Source: Trypanosoma brucei (lineage: Eukaryota). From it: a stretch of DNA of 64,000 bases. A program made the translations under genes and the position numbers. The stretch is from positions 2,016,001 to 2,080,000 of the forward strand of contig CH464491.1 of NCBI GenBank assembly GCA_000002445.1, in the 5' to 3' direction. Positions 32,226 to 43,324 of this stretch are shown in pieces. The notes under the pieces are model-generated. The model had not been told where the DNA came from. It worked only from the letters and a program-made list of their open reading frames with translations, and ran no database searches. Within the stretch, counting starts at the first letter, position 1; each line of letters starts with the position of its first letter.

Positions 32226-32820
32226 CAAGGAAAAGCATGTTGGAGTCAAAATGCGATACACCAGCAGGGCCGACAGTGTGAAGGAGGTGATCCACACAAA
32301 CTTATATATCTACATGTGTTTGTATTACATGGTTTGGAGAAGTAAACAGAACCGAAACAAAAATATATATTTAAATAGACAAACACACATACACACACAC
32401 GCACCAGAACGAACAGTAGCTACTAGGATGTTGGTGGAAGAAAGCGTAACGTGTATGCGAGTGCTGAGAAAAGAGAAAGCGGCGCGCCCTGCATAGATAC
32501 GCTGTTAGTTCCACGAGCACAGCTTTTTTTTTTCATTGTTTTGTTTGTCCTCCTCGCTGCGGCCGCTTTTTCGTTCTGTGTTTGCCTTCCACATTTTCCC
32601 GCAAATCCGAAACATACTTTAGAGGAAATTACGCGCTAGATGTGCGATTAGTCATTACTTTGACCTGCGCGTTATTGGGTGCTCCATCACGTGCACCGAG
32701 GTGTCGTGTCTCCGAATGCACTCCCTCTCCGCTTCCCCTTCCTTTGGTGTGTTACATTTACTTTGTTCCCTTCGCAACTTCTGAATTTTGCGTTCTCACG
32801 GTTCCCTTTATTTTTAGCAG

Positions 32821-33738
32821 ATGTCTAGTCTACCTTCAGATTCAGCGGAGGGTTTTATTATATCCCATGACAGCAGATGCAATTCGTCCCCTGTAGCGCT
32901 GGGAAATCTGAGTCGCAGTCGTTGCTGTAGGAGAACTTTCATTTGGAGTCCCGACGCCTTCAATCAGCTAATTCCCGTATCTATCACGTCGGCCCTGGTT
33001 TTCGGTGTCGTCTTCACACTGTGGAATGATTTGGGAGTCGCTGAGTTAGTTTTTCTTTTCTTTTTACTTTCCATCGCCTACACCTCCGCCTTTATCCTTA
33101 GCTCCTCCGATCCGGGCGTATATCCACGCCTTCGGTTGAGTGAAGTCGACCCACTGCGGGACCGGATGGAATTAGTCTATTGCCGCGTGTGTAATCTCCG
33201 TCGCCCCCCGCGGACATCACATTGTTACGAGTGTAACGTTTGTGTACGAGAGCATGATCACCACTGCGGGGTGTTGGGTGGTTGCGTCGGGCAGAGGACT
33301 ATGCGTTGGTTTGTATTATATCTAATATCTATTAGTGGCGCGTGCATCCTTGGGTTACTTTGGCTCATCCGTGGGCTGCTTAGGTTGGGCCCTATGGTGG
33401 TGATGCCATCGACCAACTCTTCGACCGTTAGGAATGTCAGTGATCGTGGGGCAGCTCCATCGTCTGCCGCTTACAAGGGTGAAGATGTGAAAGCTGCTGC
33501 AATTATAGTAATGTTCATCATTCTTGTCTTGATTACCATGCTTGTTGGAGGTTTAGCAGGTTATTATCTTTATTTGGTTGCAACGTCTACCACCCGTCGG
33601 GAAGCGCAGAAGAGGACGCCACGAACGCATACCAGCTTTACCCTGAAGGGAATGGTGAGTAATGTGGTGAATGTCATTTATCCACCACCCTCTCTGTTGA
33701 TTGAGCCAGCGGGCGCATCCGATGTTCACATGGTATAG
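32821..33738 (+). CDS. DHHC-type zinc-finger palmitoyl acyltransferase (second in this window)
   Basis: ATG at 32821. 'CRVCNLRRPPRTSHCYECNVCVREHDHHCGVLGGCVGQRTM' carries the DHHC cysteine-rich domain, flanked by transmembrane helices. Confidence 0.85.
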   Translation: MSSLPSDSAEGFIISHDSRCNSSPVALGNLSRSRCCRRTFIWSPDAFNQLIPVSITSALVFGVVFTLWNDLGVAELVFLFFLLSIAYTSAFILSSSDPGVYPRLRLSEVDPLRDRMELVYCRVCNLRRPPRTSHCYECNVCVREHDHHCGVLGGCVGQRTMRWFVLYLISISGACILGLLWLIRGLLRLGPMVVMPSTNSSTVRNVSDRGAAPSSAAYKGEDVKAAAIIVMFIILVLITMLVGGLAGYYLYLVATSTTRREAQKRTPRTHTSFTLKGMVSNVVNVIYPPPSLLIEPAGASDVHMV

Positions 33739-34658
33739 CATATATTTGCCATTTTCTGCTCAGGTGGGCACCGCTGTTCTTCTTGTTGTTCTTTTCGACC
33801 TCCGGACCTGTTTGTCAACTTCCATGCTGGTGCACACAGATGCGCATCTTCGTCTATCCCGCAAAACTTTTGTCCCTTTCCCCATTTACTTTTCTATCTG
33901 AAAAAGCTTTCTGTCCACAAGCCGGTGAGGCTCTTCACATGTTAGCTTGAATTATTATTACTATCGATGTTTTTCGTTTTGCCGTTTGCGGCTACAGTCA
34001 TATATAGAAGGTGAGTGGGGGAGAGTGATGGAGGTTGTTGCCCAAAGAATACTTCGCGAAAACTTGAATCGTTCCCCCTTTCCGGTTGCCCGAACAGCAA
34101 CCAAGTTTGGTCGATTCGGGAAAAGGAGGAGTAAGATGGGTGTTTTTTTTTGTTTTTGTTTTTTTTATGTTTCAAATTTCCTTCAAATCGGTGATTTTCC
34201 GAGCGTACACTCCACAATGAGCATGATACATATTAATAATGCTCTAGGGCGTTTGCACAACTGCGTATTGAGGATCATAACGAACCTTGTTCGTTTCGTC
34301 TTTTCCCCGTGGATTACAATTCTTTCCATCCTTCTTTTCCTTTTCCGGCGAATAGTTTTCCCTTGTTTTCCCTTTTATTTCCGGGTGCTAGGAGTGCTTG
34401 TACTCTTACCGCGTGCGGCACGACGCTGCTCACTCTCTCTCTTCAACTGCATCACAGAACCGGGTCCAAGAGGGGACGCCTGTGGACCGGTAACACCGAG
34501 GTGGGGGTTCAAAGCAGTTAATTAGGGCACCACGAGGGAACGAAGAAAAGAAAAAAAAACGCGTGCATACGATTGTGCGTGTGGGAGTGATTTGGGTTAG
34601 TGGAAGGAAGAGGAGACTGCAGCAATAATAAGGAGATCCCGTTTGCGTGGTACATACC

Positions 34659-35597
34659 ATGCCCCAATGTGGCACGGAAAAACATGTATCTGCACCTCCT
34701 TCTTACACCGGTCCATTTGTTGCCGTTGTCGTGGATCTGGACGGGACGATACTTGACGACAACCACCGTGTAAGTGACGTTACAAAGGCAACTCTTTACG
34801 AAGTTGCGTCATGTGGTGTGCACATCATCATTGCCACTGGCCGTCCTCGTGAGGGTGTGGCAGCCATAGAGCAAGAGCTCAATAGTTATTTCCGTTGCAA
34901 CAGCCGTGTGCCTGGGCGTGCCACTTCTTTGGCAGAGGTTAAGGGATTTCATTTGGTGGCGTCAAATGGCGCGCGGATTTACAACACAACGGGGGAACTC
35001 ATCTCCGCAGAGAGTATTGATAATAGTGTCGTTCGTGCTATATATGAGCGCGTTACGGAGTCGAATATCAATGCCAACAGTGAAGACTCTATGCTGGTGT
35101 CTGTCCACCAGACGGGCGCGTGGTGGGTAAATAACGTACTACCTGAAGAATGGCTGCGGCGTAAGTATGGAACCCTGCCGGAGGTGCGGCAAAACCTCTC
35201 GGATTTTCCAACGGATGGTGTTGGAAAAATATGCCTTCGATCCTTTAATGAAGGCACGCTTCGCACGTTCCAAAAGGAGCTAGATACGAAGTACGAGCAC
35301 TACATAACGACCGTCATGACATCTGATCATTGCTTGGATATTATGCCGAAAGGAGTTTCGAAGGCATCGGCCTTGAGGATGGTTGGGGAAATTTTGAACT
35401 TTGAGCCACATCGGGATGCCATTGCATTTGGTGATAGTCTCAACGATAGGGACATGTTAGAGAGTGTGGCTAAAGGGTGTATAATGAAAAATGGGAAGAA
35501 TGAACTGAAAGAGCTGTTGCCTCATGTGGAGGTAGTTGGTTGCAATGAGGAGGATGGAGTGGCGCATAAGTTACGTGAAGTGTTTCTGCTGAGCTAG
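34659..35597 (+). CDS. HAD-superfamily hydrolase, Cof/IIB subtype (sugar-phosphatase-like)
   Basis: The track start at 34647 is GTG; the ATG is at 34659. Motif I 'VVVDLDGTILDD' and motif IV 'AFGDSLNDRDMLE' are both present. About 312 aa. Confidence 0.8.
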   Translation: MPQCGTEKHVSAPPSYTGPFVAVVVDLDGTILDDNHRVSDVTKATLYEVASCGVHIIIATGRPREGVAAIEQELNSYFRCNSRVPGRATSLAEVKGFHLVASNGARIYNTTGELISAESIDNSVVRAIYERVTESNINANSEDSMLVSVHQTGAWWVNNVLPEEWLRRKYGTLPEVRQNLSDFPTDGVGKICLRSFNEGTLRTFQKELDTKYEHYITTVMTSDHCLDIMPKGVSKASALRMVGEILNFEPHRDAIAFGDSLNDRDMLESVAKGCIMKNGKNELKELLPHVEVVGCNEEDGVAHKLREVFLLS

Positions 35598-36016
35598 GCA
35601 GAGGAAAAGGGACGGAAGAAGATTGTTTATGGGTTCACAACTGATATGACATTCTTCCGTGTTTTACTCCTTACTTTTTTAGTTGGACATGTTTCTTTTT
35701 GTTTTCTCTCCCCCCTCTTTTCCCTTCCTTCGATTCAACAACAACACCAACATATATGAAGAGAAGGCTAACATGTGACTTTGGACGGAATTGAAGCTGT
35801 TCTTGCTCTTCACATAGTTTTGCAATCAGCTGTTCTTCTTTTCTTTTCCACTCCAAATTTTTCTTAGTTTAAATCTGTGTTTTCCCCTCTTTTTTTTTTT
35901 TGCCACGCCTTCATTTGTTTCACCATCTTAACCGGCACTGCATACTGCCGTGACACTACTTTATCTTCCTCTCCCGTCATCCTTCCGTTATTCCTCCCTT
36001 TTTGTATACTTGAAGA

Positions 36017-36027
36017 GGGGGGGGGGG
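36017..36027. repeat. G11 homopolymer
   Basis: The run 'agagggggggggggtcg'. Confidence 0.9.
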
Positions 36028-36245
36028 TCGTATGGACTGAAACTGCGCTCTAGGTTTAATTTATGGCAATTGGGGAATGTTATGGTGGAATACGCAATGA
36101 TGAAAGAAACCATAACATCAGAAGGGAAAGCGAGGACGTGAAAGTCGAAGTGGAGACCAAGTTTGTCATGAGTTGAAGCGAACATTTATTTTTGGTTTCA
36201 CATTACTACATAAACCCACGAAGTGTGTACGTGCATAAATAAATG

Positions 36246-36261
36246 ATATATATATATATAT
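36246..36261. repeat. (AT)8 microsatellite
   Basis: Read directly from the sequence. Confidence 0.85.
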
Positions 36262-37633
36262 CTTTCCAATGTTTGATATCTTTATTTTTCTTTTTGCTCT
36301 CCTTCCTCTATCCGTGTGCGGCGTATTCGTAGGACCACGGGAATATGAGGAGGGGAGAAAGGTATGATGATATGAGAGCTTGGGTATCTGCTTCTTTTGG
36401 TTGATTTTTTTCTTCTAAATTCCCTTCAGTTTATTTTGATTTAACCCCCGCATCCGCGCAGAGCCATCTTCTCCGCATTGTATCAGGGGCCGTGGAAACG
36501 CCCAGTAAGGGATGCATTGTCTGTAACATGTTTCTTTTCTTTGAGTAGGAGAGAAGGGGACGGGATGCAAGTTGAAAATAGGCAAATGACAAATTATTTC
36601 GACGGAAATTGTAGTGAATTTTTATAGTGTTCCTAGGAGGGATTTGGTGCAATAAAAAGAACAAGTGTCGGGTAATATTCGACCCTCATATCTGAGAGTA
36701 TGGTTCGCCTCAACTACAGACCATATGAGGGAGAGGGAGGTCATGCCGCCTTTGGACGTAGTGAAAACAGCACCGAGCAGTTTTTGAAGCATTTTCTTTT
36801 TTTTGTTGTTGTCCTTCTATCCACTGCTCGCGGTGTGAGTTTTACGATTTTGACGTTGCTCACATTTTACGTCTCCTTTCTCCTTCCAACTACCCCACAT
36901 CAAGTAGTTGTGGTAATTTGTTAGGGTGTTAACATATTTTAGTACATTATCATACCCCATATCGGGAACTACCGGTGGTAAATCCTCAGGTGGAACATAA
37001 TTTGGGTCTCAAACATTTGAAACGAGCATGATAAGAGGAAGAGATATATGCTGAACTGGTGTATTCATTAAAAGGGAGATGATGTTCCCTTCTTTAGTGA
37101 GACAACTATTGGTGCTTGGAAACATTCAACCGTGGGTTTGTGCGGCTCCGACTGCGATATGCTCAACATGAGACCGGCGAAGTACGTGCCTACATGTGTA
37201 GAAGAGGAACTAAATACGTGTCTTACCGGCCTTATTATAATAGCCACATTACCTGCACTTCGATTTCATTCGCTTCTTTCTCTTTGCTGTTCTTAGCATG
37301 TTTGCATTCTTCTTTTGCTATATGAGTGCATTCCATCTGCCTCAGGGTATCATCGTCGTGTAGAATATTCGCAACCATTCCGCGATGATACTCTTGCCAT
37401 TCTGTGACGTTGCTATGTCTAAATATACCTTTTACACTTCGGTTCGCCTTGTTTTATCCTCCTGTTCACCTAGTCACCAAATACGCCTCCCTTTTCCCCT
37501 TTTCGTTTTGCGCTGATTGGGTTCATGCGGCACTGCTACATAGACAGTGGAAGTTTGTTTATTCCCGTTGCCTAGCAGTACATTTTCTCTGTACCAAGAG
37601 AGAGAGAGAAAGGAAAGAAAAAAACAACAACAA

Positions 37634-39445
37634 ATGTCTCGTATTCCTGAGAAGATTCTCTGCGCGTCAGCAGGTGCCTTTGTGGGTTGCATAGGCTTCA
37701 GCTACACAAACCCAAAGTGGACACAACGACGTTTCAACCCAAAGAATGTGCCACCTCTTCTCTACCAGCAAACGCCCTCCCGTGAGGACTGCTTGAAGCG
37801 GATGGAAGCCTTCAACTCACCTGAAAATCCGATGGATGTAATTATTGTTGGTGGTGGCTCCGTTGGTGCGGGTGTGGCATTGGATGCCACCACACGCGGC
37901 ATGACCGTTGGACTTTTTGAAATGAACGACTACGCCAGCGGAACAAGCAGCCGGAGCACCAAGCTCATTCACGGTGGTATCCGTTACCTTGAAAAAGCTG
38001 TGTTCAAGCTTGACATGCAACAGCTGATGTTGGTGGCAGAGGCACTAAGGGAACGAATCATCATGTCTCATCAGGCGCCTCACCTCTGCCGCAGCATTCC
38101 TACTATGATTCCTTGCTACAATCCAATTGACATCGCCAAGTTTTGGTGTGGCGTGAAACTTTATGACATAATTGCCATGTGGGAACGCGGTACCCTGGAG
38201 TATGCTGGGTACCTCACCCCGTACGCCGCCTTGAAGAAGTTCCCGTACCTTAAGAATGGAACCAATAATGGGAAAATACTCCTTGGTGCTGTAGAGTACT
38301 ATGATGGTCAAATGAATGATGCCCGTCTCTGCCTCTCGGCTGCTCTCACAGCAGCCAGCTATGGCGCCGCAACGGTAAACTACGCCAAGGTGGAAAAAAT
38401 GGAGGTTGTGCAAAACAAAATGGGTGAACAAGTGGTGAAGGCAACCGTCCAAGATAGGATAAATTCCAACACGCTAACTGTGTATGGTAAATCTGTGGTT
38501 AACGCCGGTGGACCCTTCACTGCTCGAATTCAGAAGTTGATCACCGACAAGACATCCGTCCGCATGGCACCAAGTTCCGGTACCCATATCATTATTGACA
38601 GGAAGTACTGCCCCAGGGATAGTGCAATGGTGATCCCTTCTAACGATGGGCGTGTTGTATTCTCGGCTGAGTGGCTCGGCGGTTGCTTAGTGGGAACCAC
38701 TGATAAGGGTTGTGAAGTCACTGAGGACATCCGGCCAACGAAGAGCGACATTAAATTTCTTCTTAACAATGTGGAACCTTACGTGGGTAAAGTGTCGGAG
38801 AAAGATGTCCTTTCTGCGTGGTGTGGGATTCGCCCGCTCGCGCTCCCGGAGAATGCGGAAGGCAGTGACACACAAAACATCGTCCGTGAGCACATGGTGG
38901 TGGTCGACAAGGACAACCTGATGGTGAGTGTTGTGGGCGGTAAATGGACGACATACCGAAAGATTGCTCAAGACACGGTGGATGCCCTTTACTCTTCACT
39001 CCTCAAAGGTCGCGTGGAATGCAAACCGTGTATTACGGAGGAGTTGCAGGTTATCGGTGCGCACGAGCTAGAAACAGTCCCGGAGGAGCCAAAGATTTCC
39101 ATCTCAAACAAGGTTCACAAATTCTGGCGCCGCCAATACGGTGACCGTTATCATGTTTTGGCGGATATGGTGAGGGAGGATCCGTCTCTCCTTAAGCCAC
39201 TGCACCCGGAGGAGCCTGTTTTGGCTGCTGATGTTGTGTATTCCGCGCAGCGTGAGCATTGTGAGCGCGTCGTGGACTTCATTTCCCGCCGTACGAGGTT
39301 GTCATTCCTCAACGTGGAACACGCAAAGGCAATTATTCCAGAGGTTGCGCAAATCATGGCCACGACAAAGAACTGGAGCCGTGCGAGAAAGAGCGAGGAA
39401 GTGGCACACGCGCTTGCTGCGCTGGAATCATTTCACGGCCAATAA
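37634..39445 (+). CDS. FAD-dependent (mitochondrial) glycerol-3-phosphate dehydrogenase
   Basis: The track start at 37547 is GTG; the first ATG is at 37634. FAD-binding Rossmann motif 'DVIIVGGGSVGAGVALDATTRGMTVGLFE', and 'IHGGIRYLE' typical of GlpD/GPD2. C-terminal GlpD-like region. 603 aa. Confidence 0.9.
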   Translation: MSRIPEKILCASAGAFVGCIGFSYTNPKWTQRRFNPKNVPPLLYQQTPSREDCLKRMEAFNSPENPMDVIIVGGGSVGAGVALDATTRGMTVGLFEMNDYASGTSSRSTKLIHGGIRYLEKAVFKLDMQQLMLVAEALRERIIMSHQAPHLCRSIPTMIPCYNPIDIAKFWCGVKLYDIIAMWERGTLEYAGYLTPYAALKKFPYLKNGTNNGKILLGAVEYYDGQMNDARLCLSAALTAASYGAATVNYAKVEKMEVVQNKMGEQVVKATVQDRINSNTLTVYGKSVVNAGGPFTARIQKLITDKTSVRMAPSSGTHIIIDRKYCPRDSAMVIPSNDGRVVFSAEWLGGCLVGTTDKGCEVTEDIRPTKSDIKFLLNNVEPYVGKVSEKDVLSAWCGIRPLALPENAEGSDTQNIVREHMVVVDKDNLMVSVVGGKWTTYRKIAQDTVDALYSSLLKGRVECKPCITEELQVIGAHELETVPEEPKISISNKVHKFWRRQYGDRYHVLADMVREDPSLLKPLHPEEPVLAADVVYSAQREHCERVVDFISRRTRLSFLNVEHAKAIIPEVAQIMATTKNWSRARKSEEVAHALAALESFHGQ

Positions 39446-39495
39446 AAGCCATGTAGGGGAAAGAGAAAAAAGGGAAAATTACCTTTCGGCATGAT

Positions 39496-39513
39496 TGTGT
39501 GTGTGTGTGTGTA
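39496..39513. repeat. (TG)9 microsatellite
   Basis: The run 'tgtgtgtgtgtgtgtgtg'. Confidence 0.9.
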
Positions 39514-39940
39514 TGGAGGAGGTGCGGGGGGCGATTTTGCGTGCGTGTGTGGGGGGTGATGGTGGAATAATGAATAAATTGGTTAATTGTAAGAGGGGTT
39601 ATCATACACTATCATCTTCACTCTTTGTTTTTCGTTTGGTTGTTTCACTAACTCAATGGTGGAATGAGAAGGAAAAAGGGGGGGCCAGGCACGATAAAAC
39701 TAAGACTCAAAAAAGGTTAAGCAAAATAAAATGTGTTTGGTTAAGGAGAAGAATGAGAAGAAGTGAATATTATTTTCAAATGAAGGGGGAAAAAATAGAG
39801 AATTGGATGTGGGAAGGAAAGGAAAGGAACATATGCAGTGATGCTGGGGATGCTTTCCCACTCCCAGTGTATAGAAAAGGACCACTTCGTTGCATTCCAT
39901 CCATGACCGCGAGACAGAGAGATACTAAAAGAAACTAATG

Positions 39941-39990
39941 TAAATAAATAAATATAAATAAATAAATATATATATATATATATATGTACG
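39941..39990. repeat. (AAATA)n-like A-rich repeat followed by (AT)10
   Basis: The run 'gtaaataaataaatataaataaataaatatatatatatatatatatatg'. Confidence 0.85.
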
Positions 39991-40077
39991 TGGTCGTTAC
40001 GCTAGTGGGGGTATAATCAAACACGTACGTTTATATGCAACATATGCATATGTATATATATTTATTTGTATACCAGT

Positions 40078-40109
40078 ATGTGTGTATGTGTGTGTGTGTG
40101 TGTGTGTGT
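40078..40109. repeat. (TG)n microsatellite, about 15 units with one TA interruption
   Basis: The run 'tgtgtgtatgtgtgtgtgtgtgtgtgtgtgt'. Confidence 0.95.
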
Positions 40110-40824
40110 TTAGGGTGCCTCTTTTCATATTGATTCATGTTTGTCAACGACTGTTTGTTGCAGGGCCTTTCTCAGCTAGATTTAGTGGCAGCGGTGACTA
40201 CGAGTACGCGCAAACAGAATGTTTTCTCCATGTGTTCAAGTCTTATATGCAACCTAAGTTGTGTGGCACTTTTTCTCTTTTGCTGTTCAACAAGAATGTG
40301 ATGGGGAAGCATGCGTGAGGGAAGCAAACGGCCCCAGATCCCGGCGCGTGTTTGCCTCAACCGCTTCAACTTCCCTTTTTTTTGCTTTAATCCTTTTTCT
40401 TTTTGTTTTTTTTTGCCCCTTTACCCCTTCCTTTCCTCTATTTCGCCCTCCCACCTTCCACCCCTCATGAAAGGGAGCGCACAGCTTAAGTCGAGGGTTA
40501 AAATGTTAAGAGGTGGGAGAAATATGTACGAGGTTGTACAGGCAGTAAGTGACCGGGCCTGTGGCTTTCATTTTTAATTTTTTTTGTTTTTCTTGTATTC
40601 CTGAAATTACTTTTTTTTTCTTTCAGTGCCTGTGCAAATGTGAAGCCCCTGGAACCCATGTTTCCTTTCTTTCTTTTTTTCTTTTTAAAAGAGGAGAAAT
40701 GAGGAAACAAAGGATAACTAAATACAGAATAAATGAATGGATGACACTTAAAAATGGGATCAATGAGTAATGTCAATTTTTTAAAAAAAGATGAAACCCC
40801 TCGTAAAAACAACGCCGACAAACC

Positions 40825-40827
<3 letters not shown>

Positions 40828-40859
<32 letters not shown>
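40828..40859. repeat. (TA)16 microsatellite
   Basis: Perfect TA run within the 39.4–41.4 kb spacer. Confidence 0.95.
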
Positions 40860-40860
<1 letters not shown>

Positions 40861-40974
40861 GTAATTATGTGTATTTATTTACATACACGCAAAAGGAAAA
40901 GACCAAAATAAAGGGATCAATACGCAGTGTTTGTTTAACAATTTGGCGTGATGTTAGATAGTGAGGGAAACTGA

Positions 40975-40985
40975 GGGGGGGGGGG
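40975..40985. repeat. G11 homopolymer
   Basis: The run 'ctgagggggggggggtacg'. Confidence 0.9.
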
Positions 40986-40988
40986 TAC

Positions 40989-40989
<1 letters not shown>

Positions 40990-41020
<31 letters not shown>
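40990..41020. repeat. (AT)15 microsatellite
   Basis: Perfect AT run, immediately downstream of a G11 homopolymer. Confidence 0.95.
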
Positions 41021-41022
<2 letters not shown>

Positions 41023-41176
41023 TAATTAATAATGCATAATTTTAGGCGATGAACTTAAGTGTACATGCTTTCATTTATATTCATATCCATTTCTTCCTTT
41101 TGCACATCCACTTTTGCCACAAAACTTTGAACATGCACAGGAGAGGGACAGGGGGAAACACCACAATGGGACCCGA

Positions 41177-41194
41177 CATATATATATATATATA
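41177..41194. repeat. (AT)9 microsatellite
   Basis: Read directly from the sequence. Confidence 0.9.
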
Positions 41195-41402
41195 GTATTA
41201 CTGCTCTTTTCCATCACTGCGTTACGCTTTATCTTTCCCCCTTCTTCTTGAATTTACTATTTTCACCCAATCCTTGCAACGCTCAATACAGGTTTAACTT
41301 ATACACATTTGGAATAAGGCTGGCTTCCTTTACTCTATTCCAATTGAGGTCAATTCTGCCAAAGTTAGTAACTTCCCTCGGCTCTGCTGTCTAAGTGAGC
41401 AG

Positions 41403-42290
41403 ATGGCCACAGCTAAAGAACTTGGGCCAGGCGGGCTGCGAGAGGATGGGAGACCGATCTTCATAGCCACGGACCACACCAAATTTACTCCCTCTACAAA
41501 GCAAGAACTTACCGATCAGCAGAAGCTTGCCTGGAAGTCCTTCCAGCTTTGGCGTACGACACTTGGGATAGAACGGCGTGACAATGTGTATAAGACGCTC
41601 ACAAATTCGGATTACACCAACTTCCGCCTTGGTACCCACATTTTAGGCACGCCGTACCCTGTCATAGAAACTGTCCCGGGTTTCTTTGACGTGTTTAAGG
41701 CCGTGCGCTGGTATGAGCACGCCATTTCCCTAGCTGTTGCTTTGGGGTACGGTTATTGGATTCGGTCTAAGGCATCGACGCGGTATTCCCGTATGATGCC
41801 CATGTCACGGACGTCCATCACCATGCTCACTTTCATTTCAACTGATTTGTGCTTCTGCTATAGAAGCATGTACAGGCTAACTGGCTACCTGCCAAATGAG
41901 TACGAATGTTTCAAATACGGGGTTCTGGAGGATAAAGATAAACTTCAGCGAAAGAAAGAACTGTGGGAGAAGTACGCGAATCACAAGAGGGAATGGTGCC
42001 GTCGTTACGATTACCATGTCTATGGTATCCGACCCGGTGAGACCTTTTCTTTTTTCTCTGCGTGCATGATTCCCTCGTGGGAGCCCCGTTATAATACACG
42101 CACGGACTATCCACCGAGAAAGAATCCGTACTTCCTCACATCCACGCCGCTACGTGACACATTTCTTGAGTCCCCCTTTACATATGAAATACCAAAGGAT
42201 GAAACAGTGCCGCTGGTGCGGGAGCGGCCTGAACTCAAGTATTTGTACCGTGGGCCTGGGCGCACCACACCGCCGAGTGATGAAAAGTAG
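41403..42290 (+). CDS. Hypothetical protein (295 aa) with one predicted transmembrane helix
   Basis: ATG at 41403. Uninterrupted ORF with coding-like composition. Central hydrophobic segment 'WYEHAISLAVALGYGYWI'. No motif recognised. Confidence 0.5.
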   Translation: MATAKELGPGGLREDGRPIFIATDHTKFTPSTKQELTDQQKLAWKSFQLWRTTLGIERRDNVYKTLTNSDYTNFRLGTHILGTPYPVIETVPGFFDVFKAVRWYEHAISLAVALGYGYWIRSKASTRYSRMMPMSRTSITMLTFISTDLCFCYRSMYRLTGYLPNEYECFKYGVLEDKDKLQRKKELWEKYANHKREWCRRYDYHVYGIRPGETFSFFSACMIPSWEPRYNTRTDYPPRKNPYFLTSTPLRDTFLESPFTYEIPKDETVPLVRERPELKYLYRGPGRTTPPSDEK

Positions 42291-43324
42291 CAACAGATGC
42301 ATCGATGCCATTCGACTTTGGTGGTATTTGCGTTTGGCCCGAGGACCTCTTAGTGCTTACCGAGTTGACTTTTTTTTTTGTCTTGCGTAGGTTGGTTAAA
42401 ATGATGCGGTGAACAACAGCGGAGGGGAACGCGGAGAAGGAAGGTTGTGCAGCCCGTCTTACACTTACGGCGAATGCCACATGCGTACGACCGCACAAAT
42501 GGCAATAATATAGTAGTGAAGTAGGTAGCGAAGAAGGAAGTAGTAGTAATGATATTCTTCAAAGTGGTAGTTGTAGCAGTAGATGATATAGCAGTGCTAA
42601 AAGTGACAACCAACATCATGTTTGTATGTGTGTCTGCGGTTGTTATTTTTTCTCACAATTCTCTGCGTGTGTATGGGTTTTGTGGGAGTCTATCTCTTGA
42701 GGGCGTTGCGACCTTCCTTATGTTAAGAAGCTGCTTGCCCACGGTTATGGTGCCTGCATCAAGAATAGTTGAGGAAGACTGTAGGGTTGATGGGGAAACT
42801 GAAGTTCATTTGACAAAAAGTCGAAAGGGGGAAAAAGAAGTGTCTTCAAATGTTTGTTATTTTTTCCCTCCCTCCTTGTGAAGTATTTTTTATTTTTTTC
42901 GGTTCCTAGTATTTGACCGCGTTGTGAGACTTTATCGTTTGAGCTGTGTTGCATACTTTCCCTCCTTTCCTGCAGTCAGGTGGTCGATCATTGGTGAACT
43001 TTGGCGTGAGTATGGGAGACATATCGTATTGTAGCTATGAAATACGGCGAGTTGCCCAATCACCTCTTATCCAACCGTTCTCTTCGTCCCCCCTTTTTTT
43101 ATCTGATCCCCATCACTCTTCATTCTTGAGTCTATGTTTTCCTCTTTTCTTTCCGTAATCTTATGTATATATATTTTAAATAATATTTTGGTGGTTTCTC
43201 ATTTTCCCAGTGACACCGTTGGCTCATAGCTCTGTTTTGCCGCCTCAAGGTGAAGGAGGAAGAAACAGAAATTACTTGCTTTCAAATTTCGCTACATGCG
43301 GTATCGCTTGCTCGTAGCGCGCTA

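Noticed and set aside
33947-34525. A 192-aa + strand ORF (ATG-initiated portion 34028–34525) in the spacer before the HAD hydrolase.
   Set aside because: It has a TTG start in the track. Its translation is dominated by Phe/Cys/Leu from T-rich spacer (FFCFCFFYVSNF…, LLFLFRRIVFPCFPFYF). This is the typical read-through of a pyrimidine tract, not a protein.
39491-39938. A 147-aa ORF starting in the (TG)9 repeat downstream of the G3PDH gene.
   Set aside because: It begins inside a microsatellite (MCVCVCMEEV…) and continues through purine-rich low-complexity sequence (EKEKGG, RRRMRR). It is most likely a 3'-UTR read-through.
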